Positions 8,440 to 18,486 of a DNA stretch of 52,595 bases are shown here, piece after piece. How positions within the stretch are numbered: position 1 is the first letter of the stretch; the number at the start of each line of letters is the position of its first letter. Origin of the DNA: a virus (Duplodnaviria; Caudoviricetes); the IMG/VR virus record IMGVR_UViG_3300020438_002387, positions 1-52,595 of that record; one strand, written 5' to 3'. The translations under genes and the position numbers were made by a program. Below the pieces are notes generated by a model, which saw only the letters and a program-made list of their open reading frames with translations, was not told where the DNA came from and ran no database searches.

Positions 8440-8662
8440 CACTTTGCCAATACAACAGTTTCTTACACAGGTCAAAAACGCCGATGCAAGTAAGGCAAGA
8501 GAAGTTAAAATAACTATAGAGCAAGCAAAAAATCTTGCATTTACATTAGGCATAGTTATGTCTAGACTACAAGGAGACCTAGAAAAACTTGTTGTTGAAT
8601 CTAAAAATAATAACGAAGAAATAATTAAAGTAGAACTAAACGGCGGTAATGATTGGAAATAA
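8426..8662 (+). CDS. hypothetical phage protein
   Basis: AGGAG RBS before GTG. Confidence 0.7.
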   Translation: MQPINTLPIQQFLTQVKNADASKAREVKITIEQAKNLAFTLGIVMSRLQGDLEKLVVESKNNNEEIIKVELNGGNDWK

Positions 8663-8663
8663 A

Positions 8664-9224
8664 ATGCTAACACCCTGGGAAGGTAATGAACTTAATAATT
8701 TTATAGCAGGATGGTATATAGATGAAAATTTATGTGACGAAATTGTAGATTATTTTGAAAAAAATGCCGATCTATTTCAAAGCGATACGCATAATTTTTG
8801 TAGTGTAACACCCATACAAGCATTGCCTAATAACCTAATAGATGCTTATTCTAAACAAATGTTTACAGTAATTGAGCTGTATAAAGAAAAGTATAAGTTT
8901 AGTTATGAAGATCTTGTACCGTGGAGAATGACTCCTCCAATGTTTCACAAATATTTGCCAGGACAATCATATTCAAGACCGCATTGCGAAAATGACGGCT
9001 CAACAGACCCTGAAGTTGAGCCACGGCATCTTAGCCTAATGTCTTATTTGTGTAATATTAAAGATGAAGGTGGTACTTATTTCTACAATCAAGATATAAC
9101 TACTCCTTCTAAAAAAGGTCTAACAATACTCTTTCCTGCACATTGGACGCATAGGCACAGAGGCATGCCTGCTACAAACGATACCAAATATATTACTACA
9201 TCGTTTGCTAAATTTGTAAGATAA
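8664..9224 (+). CDS. 2OG-Fe(II) oxygenase (prolyl-hydroxylase-like)
   Basis: HCE…YL…GGTYF…FPAHWTHRHRG…KY. Confidence 0.85.
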   Translation: MLTPWEGNELNNFIAGWYIDENLCDEIVDYFEKNADLFQSDTHNFCSVTPIQALPNNLIDAYSKQMFTVIELYKEKYKFSYEDLVPWRMTPPMFHKYLPGQSYSRPHCENDGSTDPEVEPRHLSLMSYLCNIKDEGGTYFYNQDITTPSKKGLTILFPAHWTHRHRGMPATNDTKYITTSFAKFVR

Positions 9225-9252
9225 TAAAATACGTAGTTAACCTACAAAAGAG

Positions 9253-9259
9253 ATAAATA
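9253..9259 (+). promoter_or_regulatory. T4-late-like promoter box ATAAATA
   Basis: Intergenic, upstream of 9289; same box at 12867 and 14073 (+) and 41160 (-); CTAAATA at 51487 (-). Confidence 0.5.
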
Positions 9260-9288
9260 TATGCGTAGTTAATAATAAGGATACGCAT

Positions 9289-9576
9289 ATGAGTCGCCCC
9301 AAACCAACTGTTCTATTAGAACACATCAATAACAAAACTTATAAAAGTGAACAAGTATTAGAAGCTGAAGCTATTTGGGCAGTATTTTATAAAGATAAAC
9401 CTTTTAATTTAAAAAGTGCTAATGCCATTACTAACTATCCGGGCCCTAAATATAAGAAAGTAAGTTTTTCTAATCCCGGACATGCACACAATCTTGCAAA
9501 AAAGTTAAACGAAATGTTTAAAAGCGAGGAGTTTGTTGTAGTTAAGTTAACAACAGGTGAAGAAGTTCCTGAATGA
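9289..9576 (+). CDS. hypothetical phage protein
   Basis: AAGGA RBS; good ORF. Confidence 0.75.
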   Translation: MSRPKPTVLLEHINNKTYKSEQVLEAEAIWAVFYKDKPFNLKSANAITNYPGPKYKKVSFSNPGHAHNLAKKLNEMFKSEEFVVVKLTTGEEVPE

Positions 9577-9968
9577 ACTGGAAAGAAACATTTACTAAAG
9601 TCTTTCTAAGAGAGCTGGGTAAGAGTTCAAACGACATCAACGTAAAAGAATATTTGCCGTTATGGTGGCAAAATACGAGATCAAAAGACTCCGGCGGACT
9701 ACGTCTAACTGATGCAGGATTAGATATTATTCAGCAAATAGAGCTTACTACTTACGACATACCTTATCCTAAAGAAATGACTCTAACTCCACAAATTGCT
9801 ATCTTTCTAGACCAATTTATCGACTGTCCGTACTATCTTTCAAATAGGTGTATTACTGTAACTGATCAAAAGAAAGCTGTAGAATTATCGTTATTTTCAG
9901 GCGATTTACGCAAATATGGCTTACAAAAAGCAATGACTCGTCAAAAGAAAAGCAAAGAAAATTCCTAA
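9573..9968 (+). CDS. hypothetical phage protein
   Basis: ATGA coupling. Confidence 0.75.
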   Translation: MNWKETFTKVFLRELGKSSNDINVKEYLPLWWQNTRSKDSGGLRLTDAGLDIIQQIELTTYDIPYPKEMTLTPQIAIFLDQFIDCPYYLSNRCITVTDQKKAVELSLFSGDLRKYGLQKAMTRQKKSKENS

Positions 9969-10006
9969 GTTGTTGATTCTAAACAAGTTCTTTTTTTAGA
10001 AAAAGG

Positions 10007-10034
10007 TTGACATTTCTTATAAAGACTGTATAAT
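10007..10034 (+). promoter_or_regulatory. sigma70 promoter
   Basis: TTGACA(10007-10012)-N16-TATAAT(10029-10034). Confidence 0.75.
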
Positions 10035-10084
10035 GTATATATAGTTAGAAATTAAGCACTGATAACTGAAATAAGGAATACACA

Positions 10085-11176
10085 ATGGAAACTACAGCAA
10101 CACGCACCGTATCACCCAACAGCGCCAAAGGCGCAATCAAACATGCTATTAAAAAGCAACGTCCGGTCTTTTTATGGGGGCCTCCAGGTATTGGTAAGTC
10201 TGACATTGTTCGTCAAATTACTGAAGGACTAGGCAACTCACACTTAATTGATATCCGTTTATCATTATGGGAGCCTACAGATATTAAAGGCATTCCATAC
10301 TTTGATAGCAATATTGGTAAAATGGTTTGGGGAGCACCAGAAGAACTTCCTACAGAAGAATTTGCATCACAGTTCGACTATGTCGTATTGTTCTTAGATG
10401 AAATGAATTCAGCGGCGCCTAGCGTACAAGCGGCAGCGTATCAACTTATTCTTAATCGTAAAGTAGGTAAGTATTGTTTACCTGACAACGTTCTTATTGT
10501 TGCAGCTGGCAACCGTGAAGCTGACAAAGGTGTTACATACCGTATGCCTGCTCCGTTAGCTAACCGTTTTATTCACTTAGAACTTGCTGTATCTTTTGAC
10601 GATTGGTTCCAGTGGGCTGCTGATAACAAGATACACCAAGATGTATTAGGTTATATTACATTCAGCAAAAAGGATCTTTACGACTTTGATCCTAAATCAT
10701 CTAGTCGTTCTTTTGCAACTCCACGTTCGTGGACATTTGTATCAGAATTATTAGAAGATGGTGTTGACGAGAACACCACTACAGATCTTGTAGCTGGTGC
10801 AGTAGGCGAAGGTTTGGCTGTCAAATTTATGGCTCACCGCAAGGTAGCGTCGAGCATGCCTAACCCTACTGACATACTTGCAGGCAAAGTAAAAGAGATG
10901 CATCAGAAAGAAATCAGTGCTATGTATTCCTTAACTGTATCTCTTTGCTATGAATTGAAAGAAGCATCAGACAAAGGTGATAAAAAGTTTGATGACAAAG
11001 TCAATAACTTCCTGCAATTTGCAATGGATAATTTTGAAACTGAGCTAGTAGTTATGGGCATTAAGCTCGCACTAACACAGTATCAATTACCCATTGATCC
11101 AGACGAAGTGGCTTGCTTTGACGAGTTCCACGAGAGGTTTGGAAAATACATTAAGGCTGCTCAAACAGTCCATTAA
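10085..11176 (+). CDS. MoxR-like AAA+ ATPase
   Basis: Walker A GPPGIGKS, Walker B LFLDE, AAGN, PLANRF, TPRSW. Confidence 0.9.
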   Translation: METTATRTVSPNSAKGAIKHAIKKQRPVFLWGPPGIGKSDIVRQITEGLGNSHLIDIRLSLWEPTDIKGIPYFDSNIGKMVWGAPEELPTEEFASQFDYVVLFLDEMNSAAPSVQAAAYQLILNRKVGKYCLPDNVLIVAAGNREADKGVTYRMPAPLANRFIHLELAVSFDDWFQWAADNKIHQDVLGYITFSKKDLYDFDPKSSSRSFATPRSWTFVSELLEDGVDENTTTDLVAGAVGEGLAVKFMAHRKVASSMPNPTDILAGKVKEMHQKEISAMYSLTVSLCYELKEASDKGDKKFDDKVNNFLQFAMDNFETELVVMGIKLALTQYQLPIDPDEVACFDEFHERFGKYIKAAQTVH

Positions 11177-11181
11177 TGGCT

Positions 11182-11219
11182 AGGAGGACGGGTCTTTTGG
11201 GCTCGTTCTCCTTTTTTTT
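11182..11219 (+). terminator. rho-independent terminator
   Basis: AGGAGGACGGGTC / GGCTCGTTCTCCT stem (with G-U pairs) followed by a T run. Confidence 0.8.
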
Positions 11220-11221
11220 GG

Positions 11222-11250
11222 TTGACAATTACTGTAAATACGTGTATAAT
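11222..11250 (+). promoter_or_regulatory. sigma70 consensus promoter
   Basis: TTGACA(11222-11227)-N17-TATAAT(11245-11250). Confidence 0.85.
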
Positions 11251-11282
11251 ATACTTATAAATTGAAATAAAGGACGTAGCAC

Positions 11283-12587
11283 ATGTTTAATCCAGACGTA
11301 CTATACAATGTAGAAGGTAAAAAGAACTGGCAACCTGACCCAGATATTACACCTAAAGCACTTGAAGAGATGCGTGTTGACGTACTTGACCGTATTATTG
11401 TTGCTAGAATTGGCTTACTACTACGTCATCCATTCTTTGGTAATATGGCTACACGTTTGCGCATCCAAGAAGGTGACGACTGGCTAGGTACAGCCGCCGT
11501 AGACGGACGTAACCTTTATTTTAATACACAATTTTTTAATGCACTATCAAACAAAGAAATTGAGTTTGTTATTGCACACGAGATACTACACTGTGTCTTT
11601 GATCACTTAGGACGTAGAGAAGGTCGTGATCCTATGATCTACAATATTGCCGCTGATTATATTGTTAACAACTTGTTAGTTAGAGATCGTATTGGTCAAA
11701 TACCCAAACTAGTTGATTGCTTCCAAGATTTTAAATACGAGAATTGGTCTTCTGAAGATGTATATGATGACATCTTCAACAAATACGACGAAGAAGAATT
11801 AAAACAATTAGGCGAGTTACTTGACGAGCATATTGATTGGGAAAAAGGTGCAGGTGAAGGACAAAGTGATAAGCCTGGTAAAGAGGGTGATGAGCCTGGA
11901 AAAGGACGTCCTAGTTACTCCAAAGATGAGCTCAAAAAGATACGTGATGAAATTAAAGAGAGCATGATAAATGCTGCGCAGAGTGCAGGTGCAGGCAATA
12001 CACCAGCAGGTGTACAGCGTATGATTAAAGAAATGACAGAGCCTAAGATGAACTGGCGTCAAATTCTTCGTCAACAAATACAATCAACTATTAAAAGTGA
12101 CTTCTCGTTTAGTCGTCCTTCACGCAAAGGTCAAATGAGCGGTGCTGTACTTCCAGGCATGAACTTTTCAAATACTATTGATATTTGTATTTCAATTGAT
12201 ATGAGTGGTTCAATTGGCAATGCACAAGCTAAAGACTTCTTAGGCGAAGTTAAAGGTATTATGGACGAGTTTCCAGACTATAATATTAAAATTTGGTGCT
12301 TTGATACTAAAGTATACAACGAACAAGACTTTACAGCAGACAATGGTGAAAACTTAGAAGACTATGAAGTTATGGGTGGTGGTGGCACCGACTTTGATGC
12401 TAACTGGAACTATATGAAAGAACATGACATTAACCCTAAAAAGTTCATCATGTTTACAGACGGCTATCCTTGGAACAGTTGGGGCGATGAAGACTATTGT
12501 GATACTATATTTGTTATCCATTCACACCATGACAAAAACTTAGAAGCACCATTTGGTCAAACGGCACATTACGAACTATCGGCATAA
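11283..12587 (+). CDS. metallopeptidase-like + VWA domain protein (DUF2201-type MoxR partner)
   Basis: AHEILH (HExxH); MIDAS DMSGS; GGGTDF; FTDGY. Confidence 0.88.
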   Translation: MFNPDVLYNVEGKKNWQPDPDITPKALEEMRVDVLDRIIVARIGLLLRHPFFGNMATRLRIQEGDDWLGTAAVDGRNLYFNTQFFNALSNKEIEFVIAHEILHCVFDHLGRREGRDPMIYNIAADYIVNNLLVRDRIGQIPKLVDCFQDFKYENWSSEDVYDDIFNKYDEEELKQLGELLDEHIDWEKGAGEGQSDKPGKEGDEPGKGRPSYSKDELKKIRDEIKESMINAAQSAGAGNTPAGVQRMIKEMTEPKMNWRQILRQQIQSTIKSDFSFSRPSRKGQMSGAVLPGMNFSNTIDICISIDMSGSIGNAQAKDFLGEVKGIMDEFPDYNIKIWCFDTKVYNEQDFTADNGENLEDYEVMGGGGTDFDANWNYMKEHDINPKKFIMFTDGYPWNSWGDEDYCDTIFVIHSHHDKNLEAPFGQTAHYELSA

Positions 12588-12588
12588 G

Positions 12589-12870
12589 ATGATAAAAGAG
12601 AGAAAAATTAATCCGTTAGAAGTATTTAATGCTAGGAAGGTAAATCATCCGCCTTCCTACTTTGAATATATTAATGTAGCACTTACTTACAACTTAGAAG
12701 ACTCAATAGCTAAATGGATCAAAAGGCATTTAAAAAATAGATTCTTTGTAGGAAAGAATGTTATACTTGATAACAATAATAGATTAACACAAGTACTTAC
12801 AATAGGTTTTGAAGACGGCAAAGACATGAGTTATTTCATGTTAGCGTGTCCACATTTGAAGTACAAATAA
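12589..12870 (+). CDS. hypothetical phage protein
   Basis: ATG12589 just after the upstream stop. Confidence 0.7.
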   Translation: MIKERKINPLEVFNARKVNHPPSYFEYINVALTYNLEDSIAKWIKRHLKNRFFVGKNVILDNNNRLTQVLTIGFEDGKDMSYFMLACPHLKYK

Positions 12871-12907
12871 ATAATATGCGCATATATACTATAACAAGGA
12901 GACAATT

Positions 12908-13147
12908 ATGAGCGAAGAACAAACTACAGCAGACGTAAATGAATCACCGGCTGCTGAAGCTACAGAGCAACAAGCACCTGACTTAACAGTTACAGACTTG
13001 CAAGCATTAAAGAGTATTATTGATGTTGCAAGTCAACGTGGCGCATTTAAGCCAAACGAAATGATGACTGTAGGACAAACTTACAACAAATTAGATGCAT
13101 TTTTGGGTGCTGTAACAGCAAACCAACCACCCGCACAAGGAGTATAA
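12908..13147 (+). CDS. hypothetical phage protein
   Basis: AGGAG RBS; ATAAATA box upstream. Confidence 0.75.
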   Translation: MSEEQTTADVNESPAAEATEQQAPDLTVTDLQALKSIIDVASQRGAFKPNEMMTVGQTYNKLDAFLGAVTANQPPAQGV

Positions 13148-13148
13148 T

Positions 13149-13739
13149 ATGTTAAAGCATGTAGGACGTATGGTCCAAAATCAAAGAAGAATTGTAGTTG
13201 CATACAAAACTCTACCCAGTGAACCGGATAGCTGTGTAGTAGTAACTACTGAGAATTTAGAAGCAGCAGATCACGACACATTAATTAAGTTAGTAGAATC
13301 TCCTGCAGGTCAACAAGCTGAAGATCTTGCTACAGTGATGGCTAGAACTAAATTATCTGACGGTAGCACTATGTTAGCTAGATTTCATAAAACAGGTAAA
13401 ATGGTTAAAGTTAAAACAGCCGATGTTGAAATGGTTCCTAACTCAAACACAACCATTTTGTTGTCTGAACTAAACGAAGTTATTGCACAACAAAAAGGTG
13501 TTAGCGTATCCGACTTAGCTGTAAAAGGTCCAGAGACATTAGCATCAGTAAGTGATGTACCGTCGTCAAACGAACCTGCTATTACACAAAACGAAGTGTT
13601 AGATGATGCAGCATTGGCAGCAAAATATAGATCAGACGCTGATCGATTAAGTAAAGAAGCTGCAGCGCTACGTAGACAAGCTGAGGAATTAGTGCCAACT
13701 AAAAGAAAAGCCAAAGCGAAGTCTGCAGAAAGTGCCTAA
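13149..13739 (+). CDS. hypothetical phage protein
   Basis: AGGAG RBS; good ORF. Confidence 0.75.
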   Translation: MLKHVGRMVQNQRRIVVAYKTLPSEPDSCVVVTTENLEAADHDTLIKLVESPAGQQAEDLATVMARTKLSDGSTMLARFHKTGKMVKVKTADVEMVPNSNTTILLSELNEVIAQQKGVSVSDLAVKGPETLASVSDVPSSNEPAITQNEVLDDAALAAKYRSDADRLSKEAAALRRQAEELVPTKRKAKAKSAESA

Positions 13740-14055
13740 TAATAAAGGTAAACTTCCACCCGAAGTCATTAAACATTGGCCAGAAGTATTCGGTGATGTT
13801 GAAATAAAAGCGGTGCCTATACAGTATATACATAGTGTACACGTACATTTCTTAGACGGTAAAGTATGGGAAATAGGAGTTGATCCAATTGATGATACTG
13901 AAACAATGAATATTGAAGAAATTGAAAATAGTTTAGATGCATTCTTTACCGAGTACGACGAGTCTATATCACACGTTGATTTTAGACTTAATACTTCTAA
14001 AGTAGTTAAAGACGTTAAAGAACGTACTAAAACATTTATGAAAAAACGTCAATGA
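13732..14055 (+). CDS. hypothetical phage protein
   Basis: GTG start overlapping the upstream gene. Confidence 0.7.
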   Translation: MPNNKGKLPPEVIKHWPEVFGDVEIKAVPIQYIHSVHVHFLDGKVWEIGVDPIDDTETMNIEEIENSLDAFFTEYDESISHVDFRLNTSKVVKDVKERTKTFMKKRQ

Positions 14056-14112
14056 AGAATTTGATTAATTGCATAAATACTACTAGCAATAAGATTATTC
14101 CAGGAGTATAAC

Positions 14113-15207
14113 ATGGCACTACGTCTAAGACGCGGAACTGAAAGCGAACGTCAGAACTTAGTAACACCTTTATCGGAAGGTGAACTTATATATGTAACCG
14201 ATACAGGAAAACTGTTCATCGGTAATGGCACGGCAACCGGCGGCGTTGAAGTTATCGGCAGCGGCGGAGGTGGTGGCGCTACTACACTAGATGCATTAAC
14301 CGATACTGATTTAACAGGTTTTACAGACGGTGATGTACTAACATACATCGCAGCATCAAATAAGTGGGAGCCAATTCCAGTTCCTGGTGCTAGTGCAATT
14401 GGAATAAACGATCTTACTGACGTTGATATTACACCAAGTGCTTTGGATATGTTAATATATGACGGTTATAACTTTGTTACAGTTCCAGTACAAACAATCT
14501 TTCAAGAACAACAAAACTGGAGAGTAAATATTGTTGGTGACGACTCGACTATACTAGTTGATACGGACACTAATAGTTTTAGAGGTACATTATTCGGTAC
14601 CGTAGAAGGTGATATAAAAGGTAGTATATTTGGCGACGATAGTACATTATTAGTAGATGCTGTAAGCAATAAGATTAGTGCAAATAGTGTGCTTTCGTCT
14701 ATCGTAGACACAGGTTTAATATATGGATCGCCGCCAGAGCGCGAAGACGGATTAAGAATTTTTATACCTAATGGTTCGTCACTCAATGTTGTTTCACACA
14801 ACGGAGCACCTGAGGAGCCTACAGCAACATCCCCAGGAGACTTTATTTCATCAATTTCGCTACTAGGTACAACTGATACTTCAACTTCTAAAGTAGCAGG
14901 AGCAATAATTTCACAATGGGACGCCACAGCAGATTTAAACACAGATTATCCTAGAGGGAATATCTTCTTTGCTGTAGGACAAAACAGTAATGATCCTAAT
15001 CTTGTTGCAGAACTTGATTACACTGGAAACTTTACTTCTAAATCTATATCGCCTGGAACTTATGCAGATGCTGCTGCACGTGATGCCGCAATTGCATCCC
15101 CAGTTGCGGGTATGATGGTATTCTTAACAGACGGCGATGGTGCAGGAAATCCTAAGTTTCAAGGAAATACAGACGGAACAATAACAGGATGGGTAAATCT
15201 AAATTAA
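14113..15207 (+). CDS. putative tail fibre / virion fibre protein
   Basis: N-terminal RLRRGT…GELIYVTDTGKLFIG motif typical of phage fibres, poly-Gly linker, repeated LxxLTDxD and GDDSTxLVD motifs; ATAAATA box at 14073. Confidence 0.7.
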   Translation: MALRLRRGTESERQNLVTPLSEGELIYVTDTGKLFIGNGTATGGVEVIGSGGGGGATTLDALTDTDLTGFTDGDVLTYIAASNKWEPIPVPGASAIGINDLTDVDITPSALDMLIYDGYNFVTVPVQTIFQEQQNWRVNIVGDDSTILVDTDTNSFRGTLFGTVEGDIKGSIFGDDSTLLVDAVSNKISANSVLSSIVDTGLIYGSPPEREDGLRIFIPNGSSLNVVSHNGAPEEPTATSPGDFISSISLLGTTDTSTSKVAGAIISQWDATADLNTDYPRGNIFFAVGQNSNDPNLVAELDYTGNFTSKSISPGTYADAAARDAAIASPVAGMMVFLTDGDGAGNPKFQGNTDGTITGWVNLN

Positions 15208-15953
15208 TGCTGAGAGGTATATTAGGACACCCCTATTTAGATTTATATAGTTACGTAGACTTAACATCTTTTGATAAGCTACACTCTGAAATATGCAGAG
15301 CATTTGTACTAGGTAAAAACTTTGCAGGCAACGGCAATTTACAACTAGAAAAGTACGATCAAGAAAACGTCAACCTAGATGCATACAATGGCGATATAAG
15401 TCCGGTTTGGCTAATGTATGAAAAATACTTAAAGCTATCTAACGATGATCCTATTAAGGTTGCAGGAGAAGGATTAAACGAAGAACAACTTATTCTATAC
15501 ATAAAATATGCATTTGGTGCATACAACCCGTGGCATGTTTATAATGTGTTTGATAAAATAGATGAAAAAAGAGTTCTTTCTCCGATACATCACCTTTTCC
15601 CTAACCTAATAACTTGGATAGACAATCTTGATATTTTTTCAAATGTTACAAGAGCATATTTTCTTTTAATAGAACAAGATGGTATATCTGTTGAACATTG
15701 TGATCCTTCCCCGCATCCAGATATACCTAGAGAATTTATACACATAAAATCTTGCGACAGCAGACCGTTTTATGTAAGAGAGTATAAAAATTCAGAAAAG
15801 ATTTATATGAATTCTAGAGTTACATATTTTAATGATCAAGATTGGCATGGTGGAGAAGCGTCTAAAAAAACTACCTATTCATTACGTATCGACGGAATTT
15901 TTACAGAGACATTTCGAAAGCAATTGAAAGGCAAAGCTGGTGCAATACGGTAA
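15207..15953 (+). CDS. putative Fe/2OG DSBH oxygenase (paralog of 23841)
   Basis: EHCD…EFIHI…FNDQDWHGG…LRIDG; TAATG coupling to the fibre gene. Confidence 0.6.
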   Translation: MLRGILGHPYLDLYSYVDLTSFDKLHSEICRAFVLGKNFAGNGNLQLEKYDQENVNLDAYNGDISPVWLMYEKYLKLSNDDPIKVAGEGLNEEQLILYIKYAFGAYNPWHVYNVFDKIDEKRVLSPIHHLFPNLITWIDNLDIFSNVTRAYFLLIEQDGISVEHCDPSPHPDIPREFIHIKSCDSRPFYVREYKNSEKIYMNSRVTYFNDQDWHGGEASKKTTYSLRIDGIFTETFRKQLKGKAGAIR

Positions 15954-16434
15954 AAGAATTGAAATTAATAATTTAAAAGAAATACAACAAGAATTAATTA
16001 ATTATAATTTTTTTAAGGCAGTACCAGACCTTGAAAGTTTTAATGGACCTTTAAAAAAGAATTCGACTTCTGGTATTACATTTTCTACCCTGCCTAACTT
16101 ACCAAAACTTAAAGAATTTTTAGAATCAACTGTAAACACAAATCTTATAACACATTTTCATATAATAAATATAGGACCAATGGAGCACAGTCCTATACAT
16201 CATGATGACGACGATGCTCCTTGGGGATTAAATATTCCTATTTTAAATTGCGAATATTCTAATACAATCTGGTACGATGACAACGATAACGAACTTGAGC
16301 GTATATGTTTAGATACTGTACATTTTTTGAATACTGTTGCTATGCATCAGGTACTTAATCACTGTGATGAAAATAGACTAGCTATGTCTATTAGATTTGC
16401 AGGTACACACGATCTAGATAAAATTATAAAATGA
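15940..16434 (+). CDS. putative Fe/2OG DSBH oxygenase
   Basis: PIHHD…LNIPI…MHQV.N…RLAMSIR. Confidence 0.6.
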   Translation: MQYGKRIEINNLKEIQQELINYNFFKAVPDLESFNGPLKKNSTSGITFSTLPNLPKLKEFLESTVNTNLITHFHIINIGPMEHSPIHHDDDDAPWGLNIPILNCEYSNTIWYDDNDNELERICLDTVHFLNTVAMHQVLNHCDENRLAMSIRFAGTHDLDKIIK

Positions 16435-16991
16435 GTATCTATAAAATAATTTGTACAGGCAATCCACACAAACCCGGAATAGCAAAATCTGTATTTGAAC
16501 GTTTTCCTAATACAACTTTTTTACATTTATCTAATGGTTATGATCTAACATCATTAGATGGACAGAATAAATTTAAGTCTATTATAAAAAATTATAATGT
16601 TTTCATCAATGTTTCTCAATTAAAAGATAATTTTCAAGAACAACTTCTTAAAATAGCACACAAAGAAAGTATGACTGGACATGTGTTTAATATAGGAAGT
16701 ATTGCAGAATATAAAAGATGGGAATGGTATAATTCAGCATACACTGAAGAAAAAAGAAGTCTACGTGAAACTAGCTTAGATTTATGCACCCAATACTTTA
16801 AAACAACTCACATTGTTGCCGGAGGGTTTCAAGACTCGACTTCAACAGATTCGTCTAGAATGGACCCAATAAAAATTGTTCAAATAATAGAGTTTATTTT
16901 AAACCTTGATATAAATATTCCTATAATAGGAATTGAAAAGATAATTGATAAGGAATTAGCTGAACAATTAAAAGGAAAAACACAATGGTAA
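16431..16991 (+). CDS. short-chain dehydrogenase-like Rossmann protein
   Basis: ICTG…GIA, FNIGS, YTEEK (YxxxK). Confidence 0.6.
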   Translation: MSIYKIICTGNPHKPGIAKSVFERFPNTTFLHLSNGYDLTSLDGQNKFKSIIKNYNVFINVSQLKDNFQEQLLKIAHKESMTGHVFNIGSIAEYKRWEWYNSAYTEEKRSLRETSLDLCTQYFKTTHIVAGGFQDSTSTDSSRMDPIKIVQIIEFILNLDINIPIIGIEKIIDKELAEQLKGKTQW

Positions 16992-17842
16992 AATACAAGT
17001 TACACGAAAACGGATGGACTGTGTTGCTCGAGGACTTTGACTTTTGCTTGGCTACACAAGAAGATATAAACGATATTGCAAAATTAGTTGCTACTAACAC
17101 ATGCGTGGTTTGTAAAAATCAAAATTTAAGTACTCAAGACGAAGTTAGAATTGTTAAAATGTTTAAAGATCCTCAATACTTTGACACACGTAACGAAAAT
17201 TCTACAGATAATATGTTTAGAGGAGCAGAAGTTGATGGATCAGAAAATATAATATTAAGAGTATCAGCTGAAAAAGACGAGGAAGGTTTAACTGGAATTG
17301 CCGGGCATGATAGCGAAATGCAGTGGCATGCTAATGATCAAACAACACCGGAGAGAAAATCTATAGTATGGCTATATTCTGTTAAAGGTAGCAAAGGTTC
17401 TAGAACAACTTATAACAATAATATAATGTCATACGAACATTTAGATATTGAAAAAAGAAAAATTCTCGAAAACCTAAAACTTACTATTTTACAAAACGTG
17501 TCTCTTAGAGAAGACGAGGATGACGGAGCTGCTAAAATTGAAAACTATACTCCAAATTTAGTTGTAGAAAATATTGCAGGGAAACGAGGATTTTATTTTC
17601 CTTTTTTACAAATATCTGGCTTTGAAGGACTAACAGAGGAAGAAAGTAAAGAAATAATTAATTGGTTATCTGAGTACACTACGCAAGAAAAATTTTGTTA
17701 TCATCACGATTGGGACGATGGTGATGTTGTAATTGCAGAACAATGGCTAGGTATACACAAGCGGTGGCCTTTTAATCTTGTTGAAGACAGACTGCTTCAT
17801 CGAATTGCATTTGATTTTCCTGATCAAGATTATAAATCTTAA
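16985..17842 (+). CDS. TauD/TfdA-family dioxygenase (HxN variant)
   Basis: WHAN, YHHDWDDGDVVI, IHKR, LHR. Confidence 0.8.
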   Translation: MVKYKLHENGWTVLLEDFDFCLATQEDINDIAKLVATNTCVVCKNQNLSTQDEVRIVKMFKDPQYFDTRNENSTDNMFRGAEVDGSENIILRVSAEKDEEGLTGIAGHDSEMQWHANDQTTPERKSIVWLYSVKGSKGSRTTYNNNIMSYEHLDIEKRKILENLKLTILQNVSLREDEDDGAAKIENYTPNLVVENIAGKRGFYFPFLQISGFEGLTEEESKEIINWLSEYTTQEKFCYHHDWDDGDVVIAEQWLGIHKRWPFNLVEDRLLHRIAFDFPDQDYKS

Positions 17843-18486
17843 GGCAAGTCGTCTATAACAATATATTTACCGCTAATTTTTTGTGCTTTGGCGGCAGAAT
17901 TCATTAGAGCTTTCCACTTATCTAATCCGTCGTGACGAGCTATAATTATATGCATTCTGTCTTCGTTACTGTTGTTTACTACGCTATGATCATAATGTAA
18001 ATTCATAGCATAGACTCCGCCTTGTTCCATTATTAATTCTTCTCCGTCTCCCCAGATCCATTTACATCCTTGCGGATTATTTAAAGCAACATTAATATTT
18101 TCAATAAGTTTCATACTAGAGTCATTATGCATTTCTATCTTACCGCCGGCTCTAAGTAGCATAAATCTAACCCTGCCGTATTTGTTACACGGAAAAACTT
18201 CTTTAAGCCATTTAGTTGTTACGGGACATTTGTCTGCTATTTCTGTCCATATATAATCATTACTAGCATCTTTGCCTTGCTTATATCCATATGCATCAAA
18301 GTTTTCATGCTTGTCTGCACCTAGTCCATGTATAGTTAAACTTTCCCATCCGTTATGTCCATATTCGCTTCCCCTATGTGGCGTAAAGTTATCTAAAAGA
18401 GTAAATGCTTCTTTAAGCATTTGTTCATACGGGATCGAAATATCTAATTTTAAATACTTGCCATCTGATTGAAAGTATTCTCTCAT
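17839..18486 (-). CDS. aspartyl/asparaginyl beta-hydroxylase-like 2OG oxygenase
   Basis: RVRFMLL..GG.IEMHND…HSVVN…DRMHII; ATG18486 couples with the upstream TGA. Confidence 0.8.
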   Translation of the reverse strand: MREYFQSDGKYLKLDISIPYEQMLKEAFTLLDNFTPHRGSEYGHNGWESLTIHGLGADKHENFDAYGYKQGKDASNDYIWTEIADKCPVTTKWLKEVFPCNKYGRVRFMLLRAGGKIEMHNDSSMKLIENINVALNNPQGCKWIWGDGEELIMEQGGVYAMNLHYDHSVVNNSNEDRMHIIIARHDGLDKWKALMNSAAKAQKISGKYIVIDDLP

